A stretch of 64,000 nucleotides of DNA, taken from NCBI GenBank assembly GCA_964016885.1, contig OZ024759.1, positions 24,366,001-24,430,000 on the forward strand. Direction: 5' to 3'. The position numbers were made by a program, and so were the translations under genes. Positions 1-13,842 of this stretch are shown one piece after another. The stretch's first letter is position 1. Each line of letters starts with the position of its first letter. The notes under the pieces were generated by a model. That model was given only the letters and a program-made list of their open reading frames with translations. It had not been told where the DNA came from and did not search any database. The DNA comes from Eledone cirrhosa (Eukaryota).

Positions 1-212
1 ACAATTGTTTCTCTTTTGTTTTTATTTTATAATCATTTTTTTACATTTTTTGTACATGATGAACCTCTGCTCAAAATAATAACATGAATAGTTTAATATA
101 TTATTTTATCACACGTTTATTTTCTTTATCTTTATCTTCGATTTTTTTTTCTTTTCTTTTCGTACATTTTTAAATATAATAATAATAATAGTAATAATAA
201 TAGTAATAATAA

Positions 213-420
213 TGGTTTCTCATTTAGGCACAAGGCCAACAATTTCGGGGAAGGGGAAAGTCGATTAAAGTTCGTTAGTGGTACTTTATTTTAACGACCC
301 CCGTAAGGATAAAAGGCAAAGCTAACCTCGGCGGGATTGGAACACAGAACGTAAAGGGTCGCAACTATGCTGCAAAGCAACATGTACGATGCTCTACCGA
401 TTCTGCCAATCCACCGCCCT
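213..420 (-). mobile_element. tRNA-derived SINE (main family), diverged copy
   Basis: Reverse complement of the family consensus with A-box and B-box-like motifs and an (ATT)n tail. Confidence 0.8.
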
Positions 421-424
421 TCTA

Positions 425-635
425 ATGGTTTCTAATTTATACACGAGGCCTGCAATTTTGGGAGAGTGTTAAATTGACTCCCAGTACTTGACTGGTACTT
501 TACTTTATCGATGAAACGATAAAAATGAAAGGCAAAAATCGACCTCGACGGGATTTGAACTCAGATCGTAGAGAGCCGGAACAAATATCACGAAGCATTT
601 TCTCCGATGTTTTAACGATTCTGCTAATCCGTTAC
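425..635 (-). mobile_element. Older tRNA-derived SINE, in tandem with the previous copy
   Basis: Contains ggtactttactttatcga...tgaaaggcaaaaatcgacctcgacgggatttgaactcag. Confidence 0.7.
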
Positions 636-891
636 TTCGGATCAAAAATAAAGACGTAGCATCATGCCATGTAATGTCTTGGTAATTAGAATACCATCTT
701 AAATACCATCTTAAATCAATGTCCAGACTTATGATAAAGCAAAGTCTGGTGTAAAATATACACATAAGGCAAATATCTAAATTTGACAATGTTAACAAAC
801 ACACAGCCACACACACACACACTCATGCACAGATATACACTCATACAATCGTTCTCTCGTATCGTAATTTTCTTGAATACTATAATGTATG

Positions 892-922
<31 letters not shown>

Positions 923-1043
923 GTATAATAATTCAGAAAGGACTCGATAATATATATATTCATATATATTCATTATATATATATTATACATAATACATAC
1001 ATATATATATATATATATATTCATTATATATATATAATACATA

Positions 1044-1102
<59 letters not shown>

Positions 1103-1207
1103 TTATATATATGTACTATACATAATACATCCATATATATATATTATATTCATTATATATATATTATACATAATACATATTATATATATATATATATATA
1201 TACATAT

Positions 1208-1264
<57 letters not shown>

Positions 1265-1268
<4 letters not shown>

Positions 1269-1369
1269 AAAGTTCTATTTAAATTGTTGGGATACAACAA
1301 GTAAATATTTTTATAACTGATATAAAGCACTCGACAAGTATTTGGAGTAGATATACGATATTAATATCG

Positions 1370-1372
<3 letters not shown>
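1265..1372 (-). mobile_element. Fold-back element family D: tail plus minimal palindrome
   Basis: Reverse-complement match to 53481-53585; ends in the palindrome tacgatattaatatcgta; flanked by (TA)n. Confidence 0.7.
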
Positions 1373-1427
<55 letters not shown>

Positions 1428-1805
1428 ATTGTATATATATAATATATGATATACATTATATATAATCATGTGACTCTGTGTGGGTGGGTGTGCAATTGTT
1501 GATCAAATACCTATTTGAACAGGTTAAAAGAAGATTTGAAGATCCCGAAAAAGGTTTAAAGCAAAATTGTTGGTTTAAAATTTTAATCTGTTCAAATAAT
1601 ATACATATATATACATTCTTTCAATCGGTTCATCCATCTATTTTTTTTTTTTTTCCGCCTCTTATCATTTTATATATTACAATTGGTGTGATTTATTTTG
1701 ACACTAAACAAAAATAGATGAAAGAAAACTTATATATATCAAATTTTATGTATATATATATATATATATAAAATTAATTAAAATTTATCTATATATATAG
1801 AATTG

Positions 1806-1857
<52 letters not shown>

Positions 1858-1930
1858 ATTGAATTTCATATATATATAAAATTAGATATGTTTGTATATA
1901 ATTACATTCTATGTATATATGTATACAATT

Positions 1931-1984
<54 letters not shown>

Positions 1985-2354
1985 GTATGTATGTATATTC
2001 AATTGGCTTACTTGTGAATATGATCACTATGGAACTGTTTAAATGTCAAAATTAAACAACGTTAAATAATAATAATAATAACAATAATAATTATAATTAT
2101 AACAATGATAATAATAATAAAACACACTAGTTAATCTTCTTAAAAAAAAGAGTTAGGTATATTATATCTTGATGTAGCTTCTCACTAGTCTCCAAAACAA
2201 CACTAATCCGTCCACAGTAGTTCATACAGTCATGTTGGTTGATCCATTAAATCAACGTGTCCTGTACAAGGTGTATTAGTTTTTTTGCCACCGTATCTTT
2301 AAAAACATCCATATTTGCTTTATTCAAAAAAAGGTGAAACCAACGACGTATTTA

Positions 2355-2357
<3 letters not shown>

Positions 2358-2401
<44 letters not shown>

Positions 2402-2406
2402 GTATG

Positions 2407-2477
<71 letters not shown>

Positions 2478-2482
2478 GTATG

Positions 2483-2520
<38 letters not shown>

Positions 2521-3020
2521 GATGTATGTATATATTTATATATATATATATGTATGTATATGTATGTACGTTTATATATGTGTATTTATATATATGTATA
2601 TATATATATATATATACATGCATATATACATATATATATATATGTGTGTATATATATATGCATATATATATATATATATATATACAAATGTATGTATATA
2701 TATACATATATATTTATATATATATATGTACATTTATATATGTGTGTATATATATATATATATGCATACAAATGTATGTATATATATATACATATATATT
2801 TATATATATATATGTATATATATATATTTGTTTGTATATATATATATGCATATATATATATATATATATATACAAATGTATGTATATATACATACATATA
2901 TATTTATATATATATACATATATATACATACATTTGTATATATATACATGCATATATATATCTATATATGTATATATTTATATATATGCATATATATATT
3001 TATATATATATGTATATGGC
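2358..3020. repeat. Compound (TA)n/(TG)n microsatellite, probably in the Lbx 3' UTR or downstream region
   Basis: Seen directly in the sequence. Confidence 0.95.
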
Positions 3021-3256
3021 ATATGTATGTGTGTATGTACACGCAAACACGCACACACTCATAACCAGAAAGTTACATGCGTATTTACATGAATACACAT
3101 ACATACTTACGCAAATACTCACACAGCCACACATGTCCGCGCATACAGAGATATGTGCGAAAAGTTTTTTTTTTTTTTTTTTTTAGTTTCTCTCCTCCGC
3201 CATCATGGCTAAATCCATACATAGGTACGGCTCTATGGCACTATATGTTTATATAT

Positions 3257-3310
<54 letters not shown>

Positions 3311-3617
3311 TGATGTATGTATCTAGTCATGGTCGACTATGAAGTCCAGTCTAGGTGAACCTGCATAGGTTATGGGCAATGACACTCCTCTGACTGGCCC
3401 ATTATATATATATACACACATATATATGTAGATATGTATGTATATATGCACACACACTCACAGACATATATATATATAGATAGATAGATACATACATATA
3501 CATACATATATATTGATATGTATATATATATGCGTATATATTTTGATATGTATATATATATACGTATATATTTGCATATGAATATATATACATATATATT
3601 TGTATATATTTATATAG

Positions 3618-4018
3618 CTAGGAAATTGTGTTTTCTTTGCTTTCCATCTTGTCGTCATCGTCAATCTGAAGTTGTTGCTGCTGTGATACGCATTTGAACT
3701 TCTGTTGATTGACTAAGCCCATACTTAATAGATGCGAAGGTCCCACAGATTTAGCATGCTCGACATCATTTTTCATCTCCTCCAGGTCACGTTTTAACTT
3801 TGCTCGTCTGTTCTGAAACCATGTAATGACTTGAGCGTTCGTCAAACCGAGGTTCAACGCTATTTCGTCTCTATCGGCTGGCGTCAAGTATTTTTGATAC
3901 AGGAATCTTTTCTCCAGCTCGTAAATCTGTTGGTTAGTGAACGCTGTTCTGGATTTTCGCCGTTTCTTCGGTGGTTGATGTTTACCAAAGAGAGCAGCTT
4001 GTTCTTTCCGTTTTGCAT
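3618..4018 (-). CDS. Lbx: Terminal coding exon of an Lbx (ladybird-class, NKL) homeobox gene; homeodomain at about 3962..3783
   Basis: Manual translation extends ORF 3618..3887 upstream in frame: [85 protein letters not shown]...stop. [51 protein letters not shown] and the DLEEMK.DV extension are diagnostic of Lbx. The exon begins after a canonical acceptor in phase 1. Confidence 0.95.
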
Positions 4019-4045
4019 CTGAAAATATAAAATGGAAATATTATA
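4019..4045 (-). other. 3' splice acceptor and polypyrimidine tract of the Lbx intron
   Basis: Minus strand reads aatatttccatttatattttcAG|ATGCAAAA. Lbx genes typically have an intron shortly upstream of the homeobox. Confidence 0.85.
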
Positions 4046-4407
4046 CATATATATATATATATATATAGGTATACCTCGATTTACGTTGTTTCAAGTTTCG
4101 TCATTTCGAAGTAACGGCAGTTTTTCTTAATATTATAGGCAAAATTAAATCTGGCGTTATGTCGAAATTATTAAACTATCAAAAAGACAATAACACATAT
4201 AAAACCACATTGAAATAGATATTAAAATATGCAGCATAAACTATATAAAATTATTTAAAAACAAAATAATAATGTATATACAGGATTAAAAATTATTTCT
4301 TGGTAAATATAAAATACTTCTTGATAAATTCAAAATAATATTTTTTTTACACAATCTGTTTTATTTAAGATGCATAATATATACATACACATAGATTTAT
4401 TTAATAC

Positions 4408-4557
<150 letters not shown>

Positions 4558-5281
4558 GGAGAGAGAGAGCTGTGCGTGTTTCTATGTGTGTACTCTACAT
4601 TAGTGTCTTAATAACAATACTAGTGGTAGTAGTCTCTGTGTCTTTGGTGGAGATATACGGGTTGGTGTGAGGTGTGATCTTGTGGTCGTGATAGTGTTGT
4701 TTGGAGGAGGCGGTGTTGGATGTGACGATGCTGGGGGTGCTTGAGGGGTGATGGCTGTGGTGTAGGTATGTGTGAATGAATTGGGAGGAGTGTTGAGTAT
4801 TTCAGGAAATAAATGAATTTGATTTTTGACGAAATTTCAAGAACGAATAAATAATTATATATAGCTTTATGGTTAATTAACGATAATGAATAATCAATTG
4901 CACCTTAGGGAGTATTTCCCTTATTAAAGAGTTGAACGAGGGTGGTAGTTATATGGTGTGATGATGGGGCGGCGTTGTTGGGTAAATTATCCTTTAATTG
5001 ATGGCAAAGACTCATTATACACCTTATGGCGTCAGTTGTTAGCCACAGATTTTTTTTTTCCGTCCCTCTTTTCCACTATAGTCCCTCCCACTGCCACAAT
5101 GGCGACGACTATGACCACCACCACCACTTCTACGAACCCCTACTCCCACATGCACTCTCAAACACAGTACTACATACATATATATATATATATAAATACA
5201 CACTGTCCCACACACACACATTCATATATATATGCAAAAAGTAAACGAAAACAACAAAGCAGACAACACAGTACAATGAAA

Positions 5282-5299
5282 AAATATATTAGTTTAACG

Positions 5300-5398
<99 letters not shown>

Positions 5399-5772
5399 TT
5401 CAGTTGAAGAAAGTGGTGGTTATTATATAACTACCTCATGTTTCCGAAATACGTATAACAAACAAGATAGCAAAATGAAGATGTACAAATAAAACCGTCT
5501 CTCTTATTTATTATATATATATGTATATCTATGCATACATACATGCAAATATATTAGTTTAACGCTACACACACATACACACACATACACACATACACAC
5601 ACACACACACACATACACACACACATATATATTCAGTTGAAGAAAGTGGTGGTTCTTATATGACTACCTTATGTTTCCGAAATACGTATAACAAACAAGA
5701 TAGTAAAAGGAAGATGTACAAATAAAACCGTCTCTCTTATTTATTATATAATGTATGTATATCTATGCATAC

Positions 5773-5775
<3 letters not shown>
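5282..5775 (+). repeat. Tandem duplication of about 235 bp, each unit carrying a degenerate hammerhead-like motif and AATAAA
   Basis: aaatatattagtttaacgcta-(CA)n-attcagttgaagaaagtggtggt...ccgaaatacgtataac...aataaaaccgtctctc occurs twice. Confidence 0.85.
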
Positions 5776-5814
<39 letters not shown>

Positions 5815-5913
5815 TAATTATTTTATAGAAGGAGCTTCTACAGGACTATTTTACTCTGCCATGTATTGAGTACCTTACTTACTGTGGTTATCCCCGACTC
5901 AACCCGGGACCTA
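5815..5913 (+). mobile_element. Fold-back element family C: short inverted arm plus tail
   Basis: atagaaggagcttctacaggact followed by ctctgccatgtattgagtaccttacttactgtggttatcccc; related to 9781, 11570, 27190, 42761 and 47240. Confidence 0.65.
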
Positions 5914-5914
5914 C

Positions 5915-5989
<75 letters not shown>

Positions 5990-6116
5990 AAATTTAGTAC
6001 AGCATCATCGAAGCTCTTGTTGCAGCCAAGCTAACGAATGCAATCTCGGTGTGCAGCTTAGCACTCAATGGGGTATATTACCCTAGAGTTATAACATTAC
6101 GTTTAGACAGCTTTGC

Positions 6117-6160
<44 letters not shown>

Positions 6161-6163
<3 letters not shown>

Positions 6164-6297
6164 CAAAGGAATTGTGGTAAGGAACCAAATGGACCATAAC
6201 GCACCAGAGTACTGAATACTTAGGGTAGTAGAGTGGGAAATAGTCCAGAAATAGCCGTCGAAACGGCTTGAGCTCTGCCGTCGGGGTCATACTTTTT

Positions 6298-6301
<4 letters not shown>
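6161..6301 (-). mobile_element. Fold-back element family A in a (TA)n tract
   Basis: Shares ggtaaggaacca..tggaccataacgcacca..gtactgaatacttagggtagtagagtggg and gccgtcgaaacggcttgagct with six other copies. Confidence 0.85.
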
Positions 6302-6343
<42 letters not shown>

Positions 6344-6344
6344 C

Positions 6345-6393
<49 letters not shown>

Positions 6394-6398
6394 TATAT

Positions 6399-6584
6399 AA
6401 TTATTTCTACTTTTGGCACAAGGCCAGTAATTACCCAGTGTATTACTGGTACTTTATTTTATCGACCCCGTAAGGATGAAAGGCAAAGTTAACCTCGGCG
6501 GGATTTGAACTCAGAATGGCAAGGGCCGTAACTCTATACGTCAAAGCATGGCGTCCGACCCTCTACCGATACTGCCAATCCACC
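6399..6584 (-). mobile_element. tRNA-derived SINE (main family)
   Basis: Near-consensus copy. Confidence 0.9.
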
Positions 6585-7179
6585 TTCTATACATATATAT
6601 ATAATGTGTGTGTGTGAGTATACGTATGCTTTCACTCAGTCACCAGCATCTCTCTCTCTCTCTGCTCTGTCTGTCTGTCTGTCTGTCTATTTCTCAGTAA
6701 CCCACCACCATCACAACCACCTCCATCACCACCACCTCATGCTACACACTAACCCCCTCATGCTACACACTAACCCCCTCTTGCTACACACTAACCCCTT
6801 CTACACGCTAACCATAGATTTGTTTCTAATACATAATAAATATAAAGAGATTTATCGTTTGTCCACTCCAGCCCATTGTTGTGTTTGATGCTGTTGTTTG
6901 TTATTGGTAATGTTGATGATGTGGTCATTGTGATGTTGGTAGTGGGTGGTAGAGCCGTGATAGTGATGATTGATTGTGGTGGTGGTGGTGGTGGTGTTGT
7001 GGTGGTGTGGTGGTGTTGGTGGTTTTAGGTTGTTGTTGTGGTTGCAATGGTGGTGGTGGTGGTGGTGGTTGTAGACGGGATAGCAGTGGCAGTGATGATT
7101 GATGGTAGTATTTGGTAGTGAGGGTGGCTGTTGCTATTGTTGTGATGGTGGTGGTGGTGGTGGTGGTGGTGGTGGTGGT

Positions 7180-8245
7180 AGTATTAGAAGTGATTGTGGC
7201 GGTTGTTGTTGTGGTGGTGGTGGTGGTGGTGGTGTTAGTGGAAGTATTAGAAGTGATTGTGGCTGTTGATATTGTTGTTGTTGTGGTGGTGGTGGTGGTG
7301 TTAGTGGTAGTATTAGAAGTGATTGTGGCTGTTGATATTGTTGTTGTTGTGGTGGTGGTGGTGGTGTTAGTGGTAGTATTAGAAGTGATTGTGGCTGTTG
7401 TTGTTGTTGTCGTTGTGGTGGTGGTGGTGGTGTTAGTGGTAGTATTAGAAGTGATTGTGGCTGTTGTTGTTGTTGTCGTTGTGGTGGTGGTGGTGGTGTT
7501 AGTGGTAGTATTAGAAGTGATTGTGGCTGTTGTTGTTGTTGTCGTTGTGGTGGTGGTGGTGGTGTTAGTGGTAGTATTAGAAGTGATTGTGGCTGTTGTT
7601 GTTGTTGTCGTTGTGGTGGTGGTGGTGGTGTTAGTGGTAGTATTAGAAGTGATTGTGGCTGTTGTTGTTGTTGTCGTTGTGGTGGTGGTGGTGGTGTTAG
7701 TGGTAGTATTAGAAGTGATTGTGGCTGTTGTTGTTGTTGTCGTTGTGGTGGTGGTGGTGGTGTTAGTGGTAGTATTAGAAGTGATTGTGGCTGTTGTTGT
7801 TGTTGTCGTTGTGGTGGTGGTGGTGGTGTTAGTGGTAGTATTAGAAGTGATTGTGGCTGTTGTTGTTGTTGTCGTTGTGGTGGTGGTGGTGGTGTTAGTG
7901 GTAGTATTAGAAGTGATTGTGGCTGTTGTTGTTGTTGGCGTTGTGGTGGTGGTGGTGGTGTTAGTGGTAGTATTAGAAGTGATTGTGGCTGTTGTTGTTG
8001 TTGTCGTTGTGGTGGTGGTGGTGGTGTTAGTGGTAGTATTAGAAGTGATTGTGGCTGTTGTTGTTGTTGTCGTTGTGGTGGTGGTGGTGGTGTTAGTGGT
8101 AGTATTAGAAGTGATTGTGGCTGTTGTTGTTGTTGTCGTTGTGGTGGTGGTGGTGGTGTTAGTGGTAGTATTAGAAGTGATTGTGGCTGTTGTTGTTGTG
8201 GTGGTGGTGTTAGTGGTATTAGAAGTGATTGTGGCTGTTGTTGTT
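7180..8245. repeat. 66-bp minisatellite, about 17 units, within a (GGT/GTT/GAT)n field spanning about 6900-9000
   Basis: agaagtgattgtggct recurs every 66 bp (7249, 7315, 7381 ... 8173). Confidence 0.95.
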
Positions 8246-8819
8246 GTTGTTGTGGTGGTGGTGGTGGTGGTAGTGCTGTTGGCTGTAATGGTGGTGGTGA
8301 CTGTCGTGGTCGTGGTAAAAATGATTAAAATGAGGGCCTTGATTGATGGTAACAGTGGAGGGTGGTAGTGGTGGTTATGGTTCTTCTTGTTGTGGTAGTG
8401 ATGTTGGTTGTTGTGTTGTTGTTGGTGGTGCTGTTGATGTTGGTGATGTTGGTTGTTGTTGGTTGTTGTGTTGTTGCTATTGTTGTTGTTGGTGGTGTGC
8501 TGGTGCTGGTGGTGGTGCTGGTGGTGGTGGTGGTGGTGGTGATGGTGCTGGTGGTGGTGCTGGTGGTGGTGGTGTTGGTGCTGGTGGTGCTGGTGGTGCT
8601 GCTGCTGCTGGTGGTGGTGGTGGCGGTGGTGGTGGTGGGTGGTAATTGTAATGACGATGGTTCTAGTGCTGAGAATGGGGGTAATCATAATGATGATGAT
8701 GGTGTTGACGATGATGATGGTGACGGCGATGTCGATGGTGATGACGATGTCGATGGTGGTGACGATGTCGATGGTGGTGAAGATGAGGATTGTGTTAACG
8801 TTGGTAATAGTGATATAGC

Positions 8820-8866
<47 letters not shown>

Positions 8867-9193
8867 CGAGGGTAGTGTTATAGCGATGATGATGGTAACG
8901 ATGATGATAGTGTTGGTAATAATGATGACGATGGTGATGAGTTAGTGTAGGAAATAGCGATATGGTGATGATGATGATGACGATGATGATGATGATGGTA
9001 TAGGTGGGGGTGGGTGTATTACTACCTTTACCATCAGAGTTAGTGCTGTAATAGTAGTGTATGTATTATTCCTTATTCTTGTGGTTTGTTGACGATAGAA
9101 TGGCTAGTGTCAAATATGTCAATGCTGGTTGGAGGTGTATTGTCGTTGTGGCAGAGGTGTGGTAAACTAAGAGGTATTAATTAATACAGTGAG

Positions 9194-9385
9194 GGGGCGG
9201 TGGATTGGCAGTATCGGTAGAGGGTCGGACGCCATGCTTTCCAGCCTAGTTACGTCCCTTTACGATCTGAGTTCAAATCCCGCCGAGGTTGACTTTGCCT
9301 TTCATCCTTACGGGGTCGATAAAATAAAGTACCAGTAATGCACTGGGTAATTGCTGGCCTTGTGCCTAAAGTAGAAACAATTAAT
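9194..9385 (+). mobile_element. Full-length tRNA-derived SINE with target-site duplication
   Basis: A-box TGGCAGTATCGG, B-box GTTCAAATCC, central cctttcatccttacggggtcgataaaataaagtaccag; attaattaatacagtgag occurs at both 9176-9193 and 9380-9397. Confidence 0.93.
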
Positions 9386-9641
9386 TAATACAGTGAGAAG
9401 AACTAAGCTTGGGAAAAGCGGTAGAGTGACCGACTAGAATATTTCACTGAACCTATTTGTTGCAACCCTGTTACTGTTCAAACTATCACAGCTGCTAATT
9501 TTCTTTTTCAACTCTGGTACTTAGCGGATCAAACAAAAACTGATCGATAAAATAAGTAACGAGATATAAACAAGCAGTAAACATAAACACACACACACAT
9601 GCGCACGCCCCCACACACACACACGCACACACACACGCACA

Positions 9642-9754
<113 letters not shown>

Positions 9755-9845
9755 TTGACAGCACTTATATATTTATTTAATATAGAAATGGCTTCTACAG
9801 GACTAGAAATGTTTCATTCGAAGGAATTCACCAGCAAAGCCCTGC

Positions 9846-9942
<97 letters not shown>

Positions 9943-9983
9943 CGAAACATAAGTCAATTGTATGAACTCATAATCCTTTATTT

Positions 9984-10039
9984 ACTGCTATATATATTTC
10001 GATGATAGCCATTGAATGGCTATGACCTCACCAGGCATT
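9984..10039 (-). ncRNA. Degenerate minimal hammerhead ribozyme motif (family B)
   Basis: aatgc CTGGTGA ggtcatagccattcaatggctatcatc GAAA tatata TA gcagt aaataaa; core A6 is changed to G. Confidence 0.55.
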
Positions 10040-10428
10040 TAGTCAGTTCTTAGATATGCCAGCTCTGTGTTTATAGTGTTGATGGTATCAGAGCCTTGGG
10101 ACATATATATATATATATATATATAATTCAAAAGGTAGGCAAGAAAAACAACTCTTTCGTTCATCACAACGTATAGTTGATAAACAGAAAATTTGCTTGT
10201 TTTGAATTTTACATTTACTAACGTTACACAGTCAGTTTCCTCCCCGAATATATATATATCTCTTCCTGCTATATCAGGCGTTAACCTAATATATCCCTTC
10301 CATATACTGTACTGATTGTGTTGTTATTTCTGTTTACCTTTTACACACACATATATATATATATATGTGTGTGTACATGTACATAAAAATATACATTTGT
10401 ATACATATACACACATATACATATATAG

Positions 10429-10614
10429 AATAATTGTTTCTACTTTTGGCACAAGGCCAGCAATTACCCAGTGCATTACTGGTACTTTATTTTATCGACC
10501 CCGTAAGGATGACAGGCAAAGTCAACCTCGGCGGGATTTGAACTCAGATCGTAAAGGGACGTAACTATGCTGGAAAGCATGGCGTCCGACCCTCTACCGA
10601 TACTGCCAATCCAC
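10429..10614 (-). mobile_element. tRNA-derived SINE (main family)
   Basis: Near-consensus copy. Confidence 0.9.
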
Positions 10615-10854
10615 AATAATACGCCTTATTGTCCAAGTTGAAAACAGATGATGTTGGAAGAAAAGCCACAAAAAGATTATTTAAGAGATGAGAATGAGAA
10701 ATAAGATCTAGAAAGCAGATTGAATGTGGCCAGCAAGCAAGAAACCAGATCCACAAACAGATGGATTAAAACTGCTGTGACGTGTGCTCAAATCAAAGCA
10801 AGGCCATAAAATCCCAAAATATAACGAGCATTACTCTAATTATTGTTATAATTA

Positions 10855-11076
10855 GCAGAGTTGTCAGAACCACGGATTGTAAGTTTTGCGGTATTCGTTC
10901 CGGCGCTCTCAGTTCAAATCCTACCATGATCAACTTTACTTTTCGCGGTCGATAAAAAAACGTACCAGACTCATACTGGGGTATCTCTTTTTCCCCTCTC
11001 TTCCTCTGAGTTCAAATCCTGCCGTGATCAACTTTGCTTTCGCGTTCGATAAAAAAACGTACCAATCCCATACTGG

Positions 11077-11112
<36 letters not shown>

Positions 11113-11230
11113 CCCTTGATGGTCTGAGTTCAAATCCCACCGAGGTTAACTTTGCCTTTCATCCTTACGGGATCGATAAAATAAAGCACCAGTAATACAC
11201 TGGTGTAATTGCTGGAAACAATTATTATTG
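10855..11230 (+). mobile_element. Cluster of three partial SINE copies in tandem
   Basis: Three repeats of gttcaaatcc...aacttt...cgataaaa...gtacc/gcacc. Confidence 0.7.
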
Positions 11231-11487
11231 TAAATCGGCAGAATCGGTAGATTGAGAAATAGGCCTTTCTATATTTAGTTATTTTTCTCTCAGTTCAAAT
11301 CTTACTGAGATAAAACCAGGAAACCGAATAACGAAAATGTGACATCAAGAAATAAACGTTAAGTGAAGTTAAGAGATTTGTGTGACTTTCAATGACAAAA
11401 ATGACTCCACAATGTAATTACTTTAGTTTCAAAACAGGTTTTCATATCAATATCAAGCCAGACAAGTACATATACGAGTATACACAC

Positions 11488-11546
<59 letters not shown>

Positions 11547-12091
11547 GTATATAAATATATAATGAGGAGTTTCCGAAAGGAGTCAGAGAAAACCCACAGT
11601 TAAATAAGGTACTAATGATTTCATACGATGAAAATAATTCAAGTCCTATGGAAGTCATTTCTATAAAATGTATGTATGTATGTGTGTATGTATGTATGTA
11701 TGCATATGCAGTATATAAATGATAATATAATTTGACTAAATACATGAATATATAAATATATCAATTGATTTGTATGAAAATAACACGTTTTGTTGAGTCA
11801 ATCATAACAGCTGGTGTTAAATAGATCAATCACTGTCTTTTCTCTGTCTTTAACAGATGCCGTGAGTGTGTGTGTTGGGGGAAGTATATGGTTGTTTCTA
11901 AGGCAAGCTAGCCCTCATAACACCGTTAAATGATTGAGTCGACAATTGATTTGTATGTACGTGTGATTATTGCTATAGTGTTCCTAAACACCACATGCAT
12001 ACACACACATATATATACATATAAATACTTATATGTATATATATCTATACACATGCACATATATACATTTATATTTCGTATATATATATAC

Positions 12092-12122
<31 letters not shown>

Positions 12123-12516
12123 TCCCCCTCTATCTATCTCTCTGTCTCTTTCTATATACATATATATATATGTACATATATAAATATATATATATAGGAT
12201 GTTTGTATATGTATAATATATGTATATAATGTGTTTATGTATATAATGTGTGTGTACATATATATATATATATATATAGTACATAATTGATAACATACAC
12301 ACGACATTTTATTAAATACATTAAATATCAATCGTGTAAATATATATTTAGATATTTATGTGGTCCGTCCCATTGGCAAGAATGGCGAAGTGTGAAGGTT
12401 GTTACCACGGATTGTTACTGTGGTGTTGTGGTTTTAACGGATGTTGGTTGCCTCTCTGCCTGTCTTTCTGCTTGCCTGCTCATCTGTCTTTTGCAGAAAG
12501 CTTCCAGTCACAACGC

Positions 12517-12732
12517 AATAATGGTTTCTAGTATAGGCAAAAGGCCAGTAATTCTTTTTTGGGGGGAAAGCCGAAGGAAAGTACGTTACTGGTACTTTAT
12601 TTAATCGATCCTGTAAGAATGAAAGGCAAAGTTAACCTCGGTGGGATTTGAACTCAGACCGTAAAGGGCCGTAACTCTATGCTGTAAAGCATGGTTCCCG
12701 ACTCTCTACCGATGCTGCCAATTCACAGCCCT
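12517..12732 (-). mobile_element. tRNA-derived SINE (main family)
   Basis: Matches the family consensus. Confidence 0.85.
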
Positions 12733-13097
12733 TATAGTAATAAGAATGTTTCTACTTTTGGCACAAGGCCAGCAATAATAAGGTGAAAAACTCATTTTAC
12801 CCATTTAAAAACACAAGAAAGCTTTTAACTTCCTTTTTCTTTTACGCTTACCATTTATAATGTTTTGTGTGACTGTTTATGTGTATGTATGTATGTATGT
12901 GTGTGTGTGTGTGTGGATGGGGGGGGGGGGCACACGTGTACTAGTATGGTGTATAAGACGTGATTCAGCATAAAAAGTACATGATTATACGCGTGGGATC
13001 AGTTTTAGTATGTTTCGTCATACATGTACTGAAAGTGGTATTAAACTTGTTTTCAGATACAGAAACATGATTTTGTGCCCTTTAAATACAATATATA

Positions 13098-13137
<40 letters not shown>

Positions 13138-13168
13138 CTGTGTGTGTATTGTGCATATATGTAAATGC

Positions 13169-13200
<32 letters not shown>

Positions 13201-13429
13201 AAGTATATATATATGATATCTATACACATATCTATAAATATGAATCATATAGGAAATCATATATGGTAACATTAAACTAATCTTACTAAATTTACTGTAA
13301 CTGTAAAGCAATACCGTACATCAGCATCAATGAATATGTGTACATACATGCAGACACAGCAAATACAGTCGTTAAACTATTACAATACAAATAACAATGT
13401 ACACAATACATGTGAATGTGAATATTGAA

Positions 13430-13705
13430 CTCCGTCTGATCCGACGACAAGTGTTCTTGTTGTTTGATGAACAAAACAACTTGTTCATGAAATTAATATG
13501 CAAGTGACTGAGCATTCTCCAGATACGTGTGTCCCTTAAAGTAATTCTCTGATAGATTTGCTGTTATGCGATATTTAACAACGCTAACCCCTTTGAATTA
13601 CGGGCACAACTCATTTGTTGATTCTCTTAAACAAGGACATAGCGAGCAGCCGAGATCGAACTCACAATTGTGAGCCAAACACCTGAACTATTATTCCATG
13701 CTCTT
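13430..13705 (-). mobile_element. Old SINE of a second family (related pieces at 29320-29540, 45280-45500, 52775-52890, 60830-61050, 61690-61870)
   Basis: Shared aattaat..gcaagtg.ctgagcattc..agatacgtgt..ccttaa segments and a B-box-like gttcga motif. Confidence 0.55.
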
Positions 13706-13842
13706 GCCCAATTTAGCACATTGATTTCTAATGTTGGCACTAAGCCAGAAAATTGCAAAATTGCACCAGCTTGTGAAATTCCTGCCTTCCATCACTCGTG
13801 AACACGGCCTCGAGAAACTTGAACTTCTCTACCTGCTTCGGT

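Noticed and set aside
1-3617. Lbx polyadenylation site
   Set aside because: Several minus-strand AATAAA hexamers occur in AT-rich sequence (for example near 20, 116 and 2319), and none can be singled out.
3618-3887. ORF-track start MTPADRD as the N-terminus of the homeobox protein
   Set aside because: The start is a TTG (Leu) inside the homeodomain; the frame continues to the splice acceptor at 4018.
4067-4160. ggtatacctcgatttacg resembling a Tigger/pogo TIR
   Set aside because: I found no matching second TIR.
9194-9290. tRNA gene suggested by A and B boxes
   Set aside because: It is the head of a multicopy SINE, with no acceptor stem or full cloverleaf.
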